DNA of 64,000 bases from an uncultured delta proteobacterium (GCA_963745035.1 CAVUVW010000027.1:160001-224000); one strand, 5' to 3'; counted from the first letter of the stretch, positions 21,721 through 31,676 are shown. Program-made: numbers and translations. Notes: generated by a model not told the origin, from the letters alone.

Positions 21721-21735
21721 TGGCACAAGGGTTGC
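21721..21735 (+). promoter_or_regulatory. Sigma-54 promoter for the DoxX-ferritin operon
   Basis: TGGCAC-AAGGG-TTGC, perfect consensus, 35 nt before the ATG. Confidence 0.78.
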
Positions 21736-21770
21736 GCCTTAGCACGGTGAGCGGAAAAGGAGAGACGAAG

Positions 21771-22346
21771 ATGCATGAAGCAACTGGAACGATCGAAGAA
21801 CCAAAGGTGGCAAAGCTGCTCTTCAGCGATGCGCGCTTTGGCTGGCTGTGGCTGCCCCTGAGGTTGTACCTTGGCTACATGTGGTTTGAGGCCGGCTGGC
21901 ACAAGTTCACTGACCCGAGATGGATGGGGACCGGTGAAGCCTTACTTGATTATTGGAAGCGCGGTCTCAAGATGACGCCCAAGCCGACAATCTCCTACGA
22001 TTGGTACCGCGGGTTCATCGAGTATCTCGTCAACGCCGAAGCACACACATGGTTTTCCAAGGTCATCATCTACGGCGAGTTATTGGTGGCCGCAGGTTTG
22101 ATTCTCGGCGCCTTCGTCGGCATCGCGGCCTTTTTCGGCGGCCTGATGAACTGGAGCTTCATCATGGCCGGGTCGGCATCGACCAACGGTATGTTGTTTG
22201 CCATCGCAACCTGGCTTGTGTTGGCCTGGCGCAACGCCGGCTGGATCGGTCTCGATCGTTGGCTCTTGCCGGCCCTGGGAACGCCCTGGACGCGGGGTCG
22301 ATTATCACGCACGAATCGACCAAATCGAACCGTGAGTGTCGTATGA
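21771..22346 (+). CDS. DoxX/DoxD (TQO small subunit-like) membrane protein
   Basis: LRLYLGYMWFEAGWHK, GELLVAAGLILG, AGSASTN and GWIGLD; RBS ggaga upstream of ATG 21771. Confidence 0.85.
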   Translation: MHEATGTIEEPKVAKLLFSDARFGWLWLPLRLYLGYMWFEAGWHKFTDPRWMGTGEALLDYWKRGLKMTPKPTISYDWYRGFIEYLVNAEAHTWFSKVIIYGELLVAAGLILGAFVGIAAFFGGLMNWSFIMAGSASTNGMLFAIATWLVLAWRNAGWIGLDRWLLPALGTPWTRGRLSRTNRPNRTVSVV

Positions 22347-22423
22347 CGTCGCATCAAGAGCATGGCGGAGCAAGGTGAGTGCTCCCGCGTTTTTTGGAGA
22401 ACACCTCGGAAAGGAGATAGGTT

Positions 22424-22930
22424 ATGGAAGATTTCGCTGATGTAAATGCCGTGTTGGGCTTTCCTCCGTATGAAGAGGGAATCTCCCCGGTAGAAAAACT
22501 GCTCAACGATTTTGAGGCGCATGAGGCCCAGGAAGACCGCGCTCTCGAGTTCTACAAACAGGCGCTTTCGCATCTGCCCAATTCAGCCAGCCGATTTCTG
22601 CTGCAGCTGATAATTTCCGATGAAGAAAAGCACCGGGCGGTGATCCATGCGATGGCCGCGACTCTCAAAGGCAGCCTGACTTGGACGAAGCCGGCGGGCA
22701 GCCTTGAGGGCATGGCGGATCTGGCCAGCTTGAACGGCAAGATCCGCCAGGTAACCGAAGAGTTGATCGACCTTGAAAAGGCGGGCATAAGTGAATACAA
22801 GAGCCTCGCCAAAGAGAGTAGCGGCTACTACCACGGTCTTTTCAAAATCTTGCTCGACGGGATGATTAGGGATTCCGAAAAGCACGTGCAGATGCTCGAG
22901 TTTTTGAAGGAAAACATAAAAAATACATGA
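22424..22930 (+). CDS. Ferritin-like (rubrerythrin-type) four-helix protein
   Basis: E...Y, DEEKH and DSEKH carboxylate/His motifs; strong RBS aaggag. Confidence 0.72.
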   Translation: MEDFADVNAVLGFPPYEEGISPVEKLLNDFEAHEAQEDRALEFYKQALSHLPNSASRFLLQLIISDEEKHRAVIHAMAATLKGSLTWTKPAGSLEGMADLASLNGKIRQVTEELIDLEKAGISEYKSLAKESSGYYHGLFKILLDGMIRDSEKHVQMLEFLKENIKNT

Positions 22931-23430
22931 GTACCCCAGCGCCGTTCGATCCGCTGCTGCGCTTCGCTGAGATCGAGCGGCTGGTCGCGAAAATCTACTA
23001 TCGCTTTTCGCATCTCTTTCTCTCCCGTCCCGAGCTGCGCGATTTTTGGTGGGAGATGGCGCGGGAAGAGGAGCAGCACGCCAGCATTCTGGGCGCATGC
23101 CGGGAGCTTATCGTCAATTACCAAGACGAATCTCTCGATCCCATGATCAGCAGCGAGAACGCCGACAATCTTACCGAGAGGCTTCAATCGTTTCTTAGCC
23201 GCGGTACGCCGGCGCTCGGTATCGAGGAGGCCTTCAAAATTGCGCTCGACATCGAGTGTTCCGAGATCGACGTCATATACGGCAAGTTGCTGCAGCTGGG
23301 CGGCCCGCAGATCGGCAAGACGATGGAAAACCTGGGCGTTCCCGCAGCTGTACAGAGGCAAAAACTCAAGGCCGCGCTGCGCCGCTTTTGTTCCGATCCG
23401 GAACTGCTGCGGGCCGCCGAGCTGTTCTGA
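22927..23430 (+). CDS. Ferritin-like (rubrerythrin-type) protein
   Basis: EIE...YY, MAREEEQH and ALDIE; ATGA overlap with the upstream gene. Confidence 0.7.
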   Translation: MSTPAPFDPLLRFAEIERLVAKIYYRFSHLFLSRPELRDFWWEMAREEEQHASILGACRELIVNYQDESLDPMISSENADNLTERLQSFLSRGTPALGIEEAFKIALDIECSEIDVIYGKLLQLGGPQIGKTMENLGVPAAVQRQKLKAALRRFCSDPELLRAAELF

Positions 23431-23551
23431 GCCGCAATTCTCCAGTTCGATCGTCTTGACACATTCACCACGCGCTTCTATCTTGCCGATTGCCTTGGTG
23501 AGGTACTTCAGCGAAGCGCAGTGCGATACACCCCGGTTGAGCCGGCGAAAC

Positions 23552-24497
23552 ATGGAATTTCACCTGAACAACATCATCGGTAAGAGCAAGGTGATCCGCG
23601 ACGTTTTAGATCTGGTCAAGAAGGTCGCCAATACCCAAGCGACCGTTCTGATCACCGGGGGCAGCGGCACGGGCAAGGAATTGATCGCCCTGGCGCTCCA
23701 CGCGCTCAGCGATCGCCGCGATAAGGTTTTCCTGCCGGTCAACTGCGGCGCACTTCCGGAAACCCTGCTCGAAAGCCTCCTCTTCGGGCATATGAAAGGT
23801 TCTTTCACCGGCGCCTTCGCGAATCAGGAAGGCTTGTTCGAAAGAGCCAAGGCAGGTACTATTTTTCTCGACGAGATCGGAGAAATTCCGCAGCATCTGC
23901 AGGTCAAATTGCTCAGAGCTTTGGAGGCAAAGGAGATTCTCCCGATCGGCAGCACGACGCCGCGCCGGATCGATGTCCGGGTGTTGGCGGCGACCAACCG
24001 AAATCTAAAAAACGAAGTAGAAGCCGGACGATTTCGCGAAGATCTGTACTACCGTCTCAACATCATGGAGATTCATATTCCGCCCCTAAGCGAGCGTCCG
24101 GAAGACATTCCGCTGCTGGTCGATCATTTCATCAAGCGGCACAACCCGGAACTCAAAAGAAACTTTCAGGGCATCGAGGAGGACGCCGTGCGCGTCCTGA
24201 TGTCGCTTCCGTGGAAGGGCAACGTGCGCGAACTCGATAATATCATCGAGCACACTATGATTCTCGCCGAAGGAGAGCGCATCACCTTGAAGGATCTGCC
24301 GAGCTCGATCATGTGCCAGCAGTCAGGCCCATCCCGCCTTCACCTTCAACCTCAAAGACGCGCTGCGGGAATTTGAAAAACAGCACATCTTGCGCGCTCT
24401 CGAACAGGCGAAACACGACCGAAAGGAAGCCGCCAAGCTCCTGGATATCAGTCTATCGTCGCTTTACCGGAAGATCGAAGAGCTGGATATCGACTAG
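23552..24497 (+). CDS. Sigma-54 enhancer-binding protein (AAA+ plus Fis-type HTH, no N-terminal sensor; frameshift near 24330)
   Basis: GGSGTGKE, GSFTGA, IFLDEIGE, FREDLYYRLN, WKGNVREL; HTH AAKLLDISLSSLYRKI in the shifted frame ending at TAG 24495. Confidence 0.87.
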
Positions 24498-24509
24498 TTT
24501 CGATACTGT

Positions 24510-24860
24510 TTAACTAAGGTTCAGTGCTTCTCTCGCCTCCTGGCATTGGGCGCAAAGGGCCGTTTCCGGGATCGCCGCGAGGCGCTCCGGCGCAATCGTT
24601 TCGTGGCAGGCGAGGCAGACCCCGTAGTTTCCTTCGGCTATCCGAATCAAGGCGCCATCGATACGGTCACTCTCATTCAGGTACCATTCAGCGAGATTAT
24701 TGAGCAGATGAGTTCTGCTTGCATAGGCCGCTTTATCGATCCACTCTTTGTTTTCATCGATCTCGCGCTGCTCTTGTTGCACATGTTCGAGGGTCTTGAC
24801 GATTACGCCGCGGCGTTGTCTTAGCTTTCCGTAATACGGTTCGATTCTGATTGCGATCAT
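24510..24860 (-). CDS. TraR/DksA C4 zinc-finger protein
   Basis: GNYGVCLAC...ERL...P.TALCAQC; RBS ggaggt. Confidence 0.87.
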   Translation of the reverse strand: MIAIRIEPYYGKLRQRRGVIVKTLEHVQQEQREIDENKEWIDKAAYASRTHLLNNLAEWYLNESDRIDGALIRIAEGNYGVCLACHETIAPERLAAIPETALCAQCQEAREALNLS

Positions 24861-25022
24861 AACGTACCTCCCGAGTCATGCTTCCGGCGCGACAGATGCT
24901 CGGCTCAAGGCTTGTCGCTGGGCTTTATGGGACTCTAACTCAATATTGGGTCCGTGTTTTTGTCCCTCATGATTTCCGCAGATGCGGGAGCAGCACTTAA
25001 AACTCTTTGGAAAATAGCAAAC

Positions 25023-25037
25023 GCAACGAGCGTGCCA
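25023..25037 (-). promoter_or_regulatory. Sigma-54 promoter upstream of the TraR/DksA gene
   Basis: TGGCAC-GCTCG-TTGC on the minus strand. Confidence 0.72.
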
Positions 25038-25145
25038 TGCGGCGCGATGCATTTGCCTTAGCATTTCCTGCCACACTAACCCGATTTTCTCAGGCGTAAG
25101 AAGATGATTCTTGTAATCCGAAAGCGCGGGCGGTGCGGAGTTGGG

Positions 25146-25277
25146 TTATTCAGCTCGAAAAGAGCCTGACATTTCGGGGGCGCGCCGCCGCGAATCGTTC
25201 TTGGTGAGAACAAAACTAACGATCAGCAGGAGGATAATGGAAATAACCAGATAAGCGAGTTCATATTCATTTGCCAT
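25146..25277 (-). CDS. Small single-pass membrane peptide (43 aa, MANEYELAYLVISIILLLIVSFVLTKNDSRRR...)
   Basis: Translated by hand; RBS ggaggt 4 nt upstream; one hydrophobic helix followed by basic residues. Confidence 0.55.
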   Translation of the reverse strand: MANEYELAYLVISIILLLIVSFVLTKNDSRRRAPEMSGSFRAE

Positions 25278-25310
25278 CTCAACCTCCGAAACCATTCGTT
25301 GCCAGGCTGA

Positions 25311-25424
25311 TCAAGCATGCGAATGCTCATCATGTCGCCGCTGCGACCGCACGGCTAGGACATTGAGGAGCATGATCAAAAGCGTGAGCAGCACGAGATG
25401 GAAAAATACGTTTTCCGTTACCAT
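25311..25424 (-). CDS. Small single-pass membrane peptide (37 aa, His-rich tail RRHDEHSHA)
   Basis: RBS gagggg upstream of the ATG; hydrophobic core; sigma-54 promoter 40 nt upstream. Confidence 0.55.
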   Translation of the reverse strand: MVTENVFFHLVLLTLLIMLLNVLAVRSQRRHDEHSHA

Positions 25425-25463
25425 GATTCCCCTCTCAAGAAGTTGCCCTGGGCTAATAGATGG

Positions 25464-25478
25464 GCAAGACGAATGCCA
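25464..25478 (-). promoter_or_regulatory. Sigma-54 promoter for the small peptides
   Basis: TGGCAT-TCGTC-TTGC on the minus strand. Confidence 0.65.
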
Positions 25479-25668
25479 GCATAGATTTTCGTGTTCATCG
25501 AGCCAGTCAATTCTTATGCAATCGCCGCACATTACGTTTCATAGGCAAACTTCTCTTGCCTGTAGGCGCGGTTCAAGATGTGATTGCATAAATGGGAAAC
25601 ATTGCAGTTCCTTTTTTAAAATTGCGAAAACTGCGGTGCAAAGTCCCGGAATTATGACGCCGGTTTGG

Positions 25669-25683
25669 TGGCATAGCGATTGC
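25669..25683 (+). promoter_or_regulatory. Sigma-54 promoter for the USP cluster
   Basis: TGGCAT-AGCGA-TTGC. Confidence 0.7.
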
Positions 25684-25731
25684 GGAATCACATTTTAGCC
25701 AAATCAATTCAATACAAGGAGGTATTGATCC

Positions 25732-25860
25732 ATGGCAAAAAACACCAAAGCGAAAGATATCCAGTCGGTGGTTCATGGCACCCATTCGTGGGCTTAGCGC
25801 TGGGGAGGGAGACATGGACAGGTATTTGGAGGAGTTTTTTGGCCGCAGGGCGCGTGGCCG
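25732..25860 (+). pseudogene. Decayed N-terminal remnant, possibly of a small heat-shock protein (Hsp20)
   Basis: Strong RBS aaggaggt and ATG, then fragments WHPFVGL and DMDRYLEEFFGRR in shifting frames; no alpha-crystallin domain follows. Confidence 0.4.
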
Positions 25861-25930
25861 AAACCGTGGTACGGCATTCGGGCGACCCGGTCTTGATTAT
25901 TCGGTCGGTCTGACAGCACAGGAGATCACG

Positions 25931-26861
25931 ATGTTCTCAAAAATTCTCGTGCCATTGGACGGTTCCGGAACCGCGGAAAAAGTCCTGCCCTTCGTCCGTT
26001 GTTTTGCTCGCGGTCTGCAGATTCCGGTGGAATTGCTAGGGGTCGTGGATATCGGCGAAATGGCTCGCCACATCAGTGCCGATCAAGGCGCGATGATCCG
26101 CAGCTTGGTCGATGACAGCGCCCGCAGGTTAGACGAATATTTGCAGCGAATCGCAAAGAACTTTCCAACTGGAAAAGTGGAATGCACGGTCCGACACGGG
26201 AACGCGGCAGAGGTGATCATCGAATCCGCCGCGGCGGACCGGCAAACCCTCATCGCCATGGCCACTCACGGCCGTTCCGGCGTCGATCGCTGGCTGCTCG
26301 GCAGTGTGACGGAGAAAGTCTTGCGAGCCGCCGCAAATCCGATGCTGATAGTTCGGGCCAGTGAGGAAAACAGCCCCGGTTGGCACATGGGTGCGCTCAA
26401 GCGGGTACTCGTTCCGCTGGACGGCTCGAAGTTGTCGGAATCCATCCTGCCAGTGGCGCAGGCCTTGGCGCGCGACCTGGATCTCGAGATCGTACTGCTC
26501 AGTGTCTATAGCAACCCGTTTACTCTGGGCACGGACGGTGACGGCTTTTATAACGCGGCCCAGCTGCAGACAATTCTCGCCACGCTTCGCGCAGAGAGCA
26601 TGGAATACCTTGCGCTCAAAGCGGAGGAACTGAAGAAAGCGGGTTTCAGCAAAGTATCGTCTGTGGCTGAGGAAGGACGCGCTGCCGATGCAATCATTGC
26701 TTCAGCACAGCGAAACCCCGACTGTCTGGTCGCCATGTGCACGCATGGGCGTTCCGGCGTGCAAGCGCTGGGTATTGGGAAGCGTGACGGAAACTGTGGT
26801 GCGCCATTTGGGCGCGCCGGTGCTGGTGGCGCGACCCACTGACCTTTTGCCGAGGGATTAA
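25931..26861 (+). CDS. Tandem-domain universal stress protein (frameshift near 26760)
   Basis: KILVPLDGS, MATHGRSG...LGSVTEKV, second domain VLVPLDGS...MCTHGRSG. Confidence 0.9.
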
Positions 26862-26865
26862 AGCC

Positions 26866-27783
26866 ATGTTCAGCAAAATTCTAATACCGTTGGACGGTTC
26901 AAAGACGGCCGAGAGCGCCTTGCCCTATGCGCGGCTTTTGGCGGAGACGCTCGACGCCGACGTTGAACTGCTGGCAGTGATCGATCGCGGCGAAATCGAG
27001 CGCAGTATTGCTGACCCGGATGCATTGACTGAAGTTGTGTGCTACCACACGGCTCGTTTTGAACGATACTTATCACAGGTTGCCGAGGGGTTTTCAGGTA
27101 GTCGGCCGCAATGCCGGATCGAACAGGGGCTGGCGGCGGAGAGGATTATCGGTGCAGCGGCTGAAAGTAGTGAAACCTTGATTGTGATGGCGAGCCACGG
27201 CCGTTCCGGTATCCAGCGCTGGCTCCTCGGCAGCGTAGCCGAGAAGGTCCTGCGCGGTACGAGTAATCCTTTGATTCTGGTTCGTGCATCCGCCGGCGAC
27301 GCTACGGAGAGGTCGGCCGCTCTGGGATCGGTCGTAATTGCGCTCGATGGCTCCGAGCTGAGCGAACGCGCGCTTGCGCCGGGTCTCGAAATCGCCCGGC
27401 GCCTGAACGTCGAAGCCGTTCTGGCGAGGAGTTTCGAATTTCCAACAACCGCCTATTACCGTGCTGACGATTATCCGCCCAGTGCCGCGGCATTCATTCC
27501 GAGTTACCGCGAGTTGGCGGAGGAGATGGGCCGCGAAACGCGAGAGTATCTTGATGCCAAGGTGAAAGAGATCAGCGCGAGTGTGCCTGTACAAATTCGC
27601 GCAGAGGTTCTCGAAGGACCGGCCGCCGAGGGAATCATTGACTTGGCGCGAGGCACGAAAGGCAGTTTGATCGTGATGTGCACCCACGGCTGCTCGGGGT
27701 TCAAGCGCTGGGTGCTCGGCAGCGTCGCGGAAAAGATCGCGCGCCATGCTGAGAACCCGGTATTGATTATTCGCGCGAGCTGA
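26866..27783 (+). CDS. Tandem-domain universal stress protein
   Basis: KILIPLDGS, MASHGRSG...LGSVAEKV, second domain IALDGS...MCTHG...LGSVAEKI. Confidence 0.92.
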   Translation: MFSKILIPLDGSKTAESALPYARLLAETLDADVELLAVIDRGEIERSIADPDALTEVVCYHTARFERYLSQVAEGFSGSRPQCRIEQGLAAERIIGAAAESSETLIVMASHGRSGIQRWLLGSVAEKVLRGTSNPLILVRASAGDATERSAALGSVVIALDGSELSERALAPGLEIARRLNVEAVLARSFEFPTTAYYRADDYPPSAAAFIPSYRELAEEMGRETREYLDAKVKEISASVPVQIRAEVLEGPAAEGIIDLARGTKGSLIVMCTHGCSGFKRWVLGSVAEKIARHAENPVLIIRAS

Positions 27784-27801
27784 TGACGGGGTCCGGTCCG
27801 C

Positions 27802-28186
27802 ATGGAAAGAAAAATTCTCGTTTCACCACTCAGGAGTGATCGACCCGATCTGGGCGCGGAGATCATTATCTCTTGTTGACGCGGTTGCTTTCGTCCAATA
27901 CATCGACATTGAAGCGTGAGCTCGAACAGCACAAAAAGACACTCGGGGAATTTGTCGCGGAGAAGCTCGGCGATGCGGGCGCTGGATTGAGAATGCGCCA
28001 GCTCGTCGATGCGGGCAGCCCTGTGGCGCCATTGTCGATTGCGCGGAGAAAGAAGGCGTCGACCTGATCGTCATGTCGTCCCACGGCCGGAGCGGATTGT
28101 CGCCCATGCTGGTCGGCAGCGTCACGGGTAGGCTCGTGCGTACGGCGCCCTGTCCGGTGCTGGTGGTTCCGACGGAAGCACAATAG
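27802..28186 (+). pseudogene. Disrupted single-domain universal stress protein
   Basis: MERKILV start and DLIVMSSHGRSG...GSVTGRLVRTAPCPVLVVP end lie in different frames with a damaged middle. Confidence 0.6.
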
Positions 28187-28301
28187 TAAAAATCCGGCCG
28201 GGAAGACGGTAAGGTCGAAACTGTCACCGACGTCTGGTTTCTAGCAGCAGACCCGATTGGGCCACCGCACGGCCGACTCGGAATTCTTCCACCGGTGAAC
28301 T

Positions 28302-29396
28302 ATGGATATCAACTCCGATCGGCGCAGGTTCATCCTTATTGCTTTTGCCGGAATTTCACTTCTCACGGGCATATGGGTCGGCGTTGCTCGAATGGGATGG
28401 GTGCTGCCGTTGCCGAACGAGCGATGGGTCGTGCTGCATGGCCCTTTGATGGTGGTGGGTTTTCTCGGTGTGCTGATCGGACTTGAACGGGCCGTCGCAT
28501 TAGAGCGCCGGTGGGCGTACGCCATTCCGGTCTGTGCCGGACTCAGCACCCTATTGGCGCTGGTGGGCGCGCCACTGCCGATCAGCGCATCCCTGGCGGT
28601 GTTGGCCGCCATATTTCTTGTCGCCGTGTTTATTACGCTTTATCGCCATTCTCCCACCGAGCACTTCGTCATCATGGCGCTAAGCGCTCTAACGTGGGCC
28701 GTGGGCAATGTCTTGTGGTTTGCCGAGGCCGCGATCTTTGCCTTGGTTCCCTGGTGGGTCGGATATCTCGTTCTCATGATTGCCGGCGAACGGTTAGAGC
28801 TCTCTCGACTCAGGCAACCGCCGGTGTCGGTTCGCCGCGCCTTCCACGCATGTGTTGCGGTGATTCTCGCCGGTCTTGCGTGTTCGTTATTCGACCTTCC
28901 TACAGCCGTCCGCATTTGCGGGCTCGGCTTTTTCGCCCTTGCACTGTGGCTGCTTCGCTACGACCTCGCCTGGAAGAGTACGAAGCAAGCGGGTCTGCCG
29001 CGTTTCATGGCGCTCTCTCTCATCGCGGGATATTTGTGGCTTGCGGTGGGAGGAATCCTTTGGATGGGGTTCGCCCGATATTTCTCGGCCGGACCGCGTT
29101 ACGACGCAATGTTGCACTCGATCTTTTTGGGTTTTGTTTTTTCGATGATCTTTGCCCACGCGCCAATCATATTGCCGACCATTACCGGACTCGCATTGCC
29201 GTTTCGGAAAGGTTTTTATCTCCACGCCGGCTTATTGCATCTTTCGCTGGTTGGGCGAATTGCCGGTGACATCTTGCTCTTGCTGCCGCTGCAACGCTGG
29301 GCCGGACTGCTGAACGCCGCTGCAATCGTGCTTTTCCTGGCCAACAATATACGGGCCGTGGTGTTAGAGACAAAGATGCGTTCCGTTCAGGGGTAG
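28302..29396 (+). CDS. Multi-pass membrane protein, NnrS-like / NO-response associated
   Basis: About 12 TM segments; HGPLMVVGFLG..I.LERAVA, IAGERLEL and H..FLGFVFSMIFAHAP. Confidence 0.6.
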   Translation: MDINSDRRRFILIAFAGISLLTGIWVGVARMGWVLPLPNERWVVLHGPLMVVGFLGVLIGLERAVALERRWAYAIPVCAGLSTLLALVGAPLPISASLAVLAAIFLVAVFITLYRHSPTEHFVIMALSALTWAVGNVLWFAEAAIFALVPWWVGYLVLMIAGERLELSRLRQPPVSVRRAFHACVAVILAGLACSLFDLPTAVRICGLGFFALALWLLRYDLAWKSTKQAGLPRFMALSLIAGYLWLAVGGILWMGFARYFSAGPRYDAMLHSIFLGFVFSMIFAHAPIILPTITGLALPFRKGFYLHAGLLHLSLVGRIAGDILLLLPLQRWAGLLNAAAIVLFLANNIRAVVLETKMRSVQG

Positions 29397-29484
29397 CTCG
29401 CGATCGTGAGGAGATGAGAGGCTTGAAATCAAACTCAACGTGTTGGAAAAGCAGAAAAGCTTTTTGAGCCTCTAGCCCTGGGAA

Positions 29485-29952
29485 ATGCGTCGCAAAGGAG
29501 ATGCCGTGATTAGACCAAAGAAAATTCTCGCGCCGACAGATCTCTCCAAACTGTCGCTCGCTGCGGTTCGTTACGCGCTCGAGATGGCATTGGAGCAAAA
29601 TGCGGAAGTCATTATCTATAACGTTATCGGCGAGGACGGCGAATGGTTCGGAAAGAACGATCCTTTGAATCCGGCCACCGCGATTTTGCCACGGCAAAAG
29701 GAGCGGTTGAGCGAGTTCGTCAAGGAAAACTTCGCCGATATGATCGGGAAAGTGAGGATCACTGAATCGGTTGAAGCCGGCATATCTCATTTATTGATCG
29801 TCAAGAAAGCTGAAGAGGAAAACGCCGATCTGATTGTCATGTCGACGCATGGCCGCACGGGAATCGAGCAGCTCATGCTGGGCAGCGTTACCGCCAAAGT
29901 AGTGGCGCGCGCGAGCTGTCCGGTATTGTCGATCCGTCCGGCGAAAGCATAG
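29485..29952 (+). CDS. Universal stress protein
   Basis: KILAPTDLS and DLIVMSTHGRTG...GSVTAKVV...CPVL. Confidence 0.9.
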   Translation: MRRKGDAVIRPKKILAPTDLSKLSLAAVRYALEMALEQNAEVIIYNVIGEDGEWFGKNDPLNPATAILPRQKERLSEFVKENFADMIGKVRITESVEAGISHLLIVKKAEEENADLIVMSTHGRTGIEQLMLGSVTAKVVARASCPVLSIRPAKA

Positions 29953-30136
29953 GCGCTGAGCAAGGTAGCGTTCGACGAATTGGTCGGGAGGTGCGAACGA
30001 TTTTTTGCGACTGCGGCTCCCTTAGCAGGTGCTGTTATGCTCGGCCAAAACCGGAATCCAGAGATCGTATGCTATGCCCCACTCTACAAAGACTCCTGGA
30101 CACCGATCGACGCGGCGCTAAAAGATCGGTCAAGCT

Positions 30137-30403
30137 CTAGACTATATCCGCCACTTTTCTGACTCCGTCACCCCAGTCCTCTATTTTGAAGTCCGCCAGC
30201 GGGACCACGATCGGCTCTTTTTCCTCGATCACGATCATTCGGTTCTTGTACTGGAGCAGGAATGAGATCTTTAGCAACACCGAGTCGTCCCGGGTTTCGA
30301 GAAGCGAGACCTTCTGTTCGAAATAAGAGTATTGTTTGTCCCGAAATATTTGTTTGACCCGTTCGCGAGTAAGCACGTCGCTAGCGCCGAGAAAACCTCC
30401 CAT
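30137..30403 (-). CDS. Hypothetical protein
   Basis: 88-aa ORF with RBS ggagg, co-oriented downstream of the CBS gene. Confidence 0.5.
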   Translation of the reverse strand: MGGFLGASDVLTRERVKQIFRDKQYSYFEQKVSLLETRDDSVLLKISFLLQYKNRMIVIEEKEPIVVPLADFKIEDWGDGVRKVADIV

Positions 30404-30464
30404 ATTTCCTCCCTACTTTTTACGGCGATACCGTTGCCCCACGATCGCGCACTAATTGCTCCGG

Positions 30465-30899
30465 TCACGGCGTTTCCTCGTCCAGGCGATTGAGAAAGCA
30501 ACGCAAAACATCGACGTAGGTGACAATGCCCACGAGTCCTTCCGCCTCATCGACGACGGGAATTCCGCCGATCTTATCTTCAACCAACAGCTCCACCGCG
30601 TCGCGCAGCGTGTCGTCGGGCGATAAGGTCAATGGATGAGCGGTCATGACTTCTTTGACTTCCGTCCCCAGCGCCTTTTCGCGCCTGTCGGAATCCAGCA
30701 CCGGTGAATCAGCAAAAAAAGAGCGGATGTCCCGGTCGGTGATGATCCCGAGGAGCGCGCTGCCTTCGACAACGGGCAGCTGGCGAATTCTATTCTCCGT
30801 CATCACTTGGTCCGCCTCGCCGATCGTTTCAGACGGCGTCATCACCAAAGGATGCTTGGTCATGACATCGACAACTTTCATCCCGTCGTACAGTCCCAT
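30465..30899 (-). CDS. CBS-pair domain protein (AcuB-like)
   Basis: IRQLPVV, GIITDRDI, IGGIPVV and GIVTYVDV; RBS aggag. Confidence 0.88.
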   Translation of the reverse strand: MGLYDGMKVVDVMTKHPLVMTPSETIGEADQVMTENRIRQLPVVEGSALLGIITDRDIRSFFADSPVLDSDRREKALGTEVKEVMTAHPLTLSPDDTLRDAVELLVEDKIGGIPVVDEAEGLVGIVTYVDVLRCFLNRLDEETP

Positions 30900-30957
30900 T
30901 GGCCTACTCCTCTCCTTGATCATCGTCCTAACTTGATTCACGCAGGAGATTTTAACA

Positions 30958-30972
30958 GCACGCGTTATGCCA
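30958..30972 (-). promoter_or_regulatory. Putative sigma-54 promoter
   Basis: TGGCAT-AACGC-GTGC on the minus strand. Confidence 0.5.
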
Positions 30973-31030
30973 ACCCTGTGGCGAGAATTTTTAACGAATT
31001 CGCTCGCGTATTCGCTTCCGGCAATGCTTT

Positions 31031-31076
31031 TTCGCACTCCTGCGAAACCCGGCAAATCTTTGCGCAGCAATGAGAA
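31031..31076. promoter_or_regulatory. Tandem candidate UAS palindromes TTCGCA-N4-TGCGAA and TGCGCA-N4-TGAGAA
   Basis: 31031-31046 and 31061-31076, 30 bp apart, between divergent sigma-54 promoters. Confidence 0.55.
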
Positions 31077-31115
31077 AAATGCCGGTGAATTTGCATTGCG
31101 TCATGCGGGTTTTGG

Positions 31116-31130
31116 CGGCATGTCTTTTGC
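31116..31130 (+). promoter_or_regulatory. Sigma-54 promoter
   Basis: CGGCAT-GTCTT-TTGC, 41 nt before the USP ATG. Confidence 0.6.
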
Positions 31131-31171
31131 GCTATCTGTTGGTGAGAAAAGTTCGGAGCGAGGGGGAATTT

Positions 31172-31642
31172 ATGCACAAGGTAAAAAAGATCTTGGCGCC
31201 GACGGATTTGACCGACACATCCATAGCCGGGATTGGTTACGCATTGGAGACCGCTCGAGATGCCAGCGCCGAAGTTTTGGTTTATCACGTCATCGACCTC
31301 GGCGATCCTTTTCAAGACAAACGTATGCGACCTGGACCGTATCGCGATATGTTGGAAAACGGCGGGCGGGTGCTGGACAGATTTCTCGTCCAGCATTTTG
31401 CCGATTGCATCGATCTGGTCGAAGTGCGCCAGGCAGTGGAGTTTGGGGAGCCGTACAGAAATATCGTCCGGAAAGCCGCGGAAGAGGGCGTCGATATGAT
31501 CGTCATGTCAACTCACGGCCGCACCGGCATCGATCGGTTCATGTGGGGCAGCATAGCAGAGAAGGTAGTAGCGCACGCGCCGTGCGCGGTGGTGGTTGTT
31601 CCCCGGCGCGGCCGCGAGATCGGGGCGGCGAAGGCCGCTTAA
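31172..31642 (+). CDS. Universal stress protein
   Basis: KILAPTDL and DMIVMSTHGRTG...GSIAEKVV..APC. Confidence 0.9.
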   Translation: MHKVKKILAPTDLTDTSIAGIGYALETARDASAEVLVYHVIDLGDPFQDKRMRPGPYRDMLENGGRVLDRFLVQHFADCIDLVEVRQAVEFGEPYRNIVRKAAEEGVDMIVMSTHGRTGIDRFMWGSIAEKVVAHAPCAVVVVPRRGREIGAAKAA

Positions 31643-31676
31643 AGAGCGGCCGGAACGGTTTCGGGAGGTGAAATTC

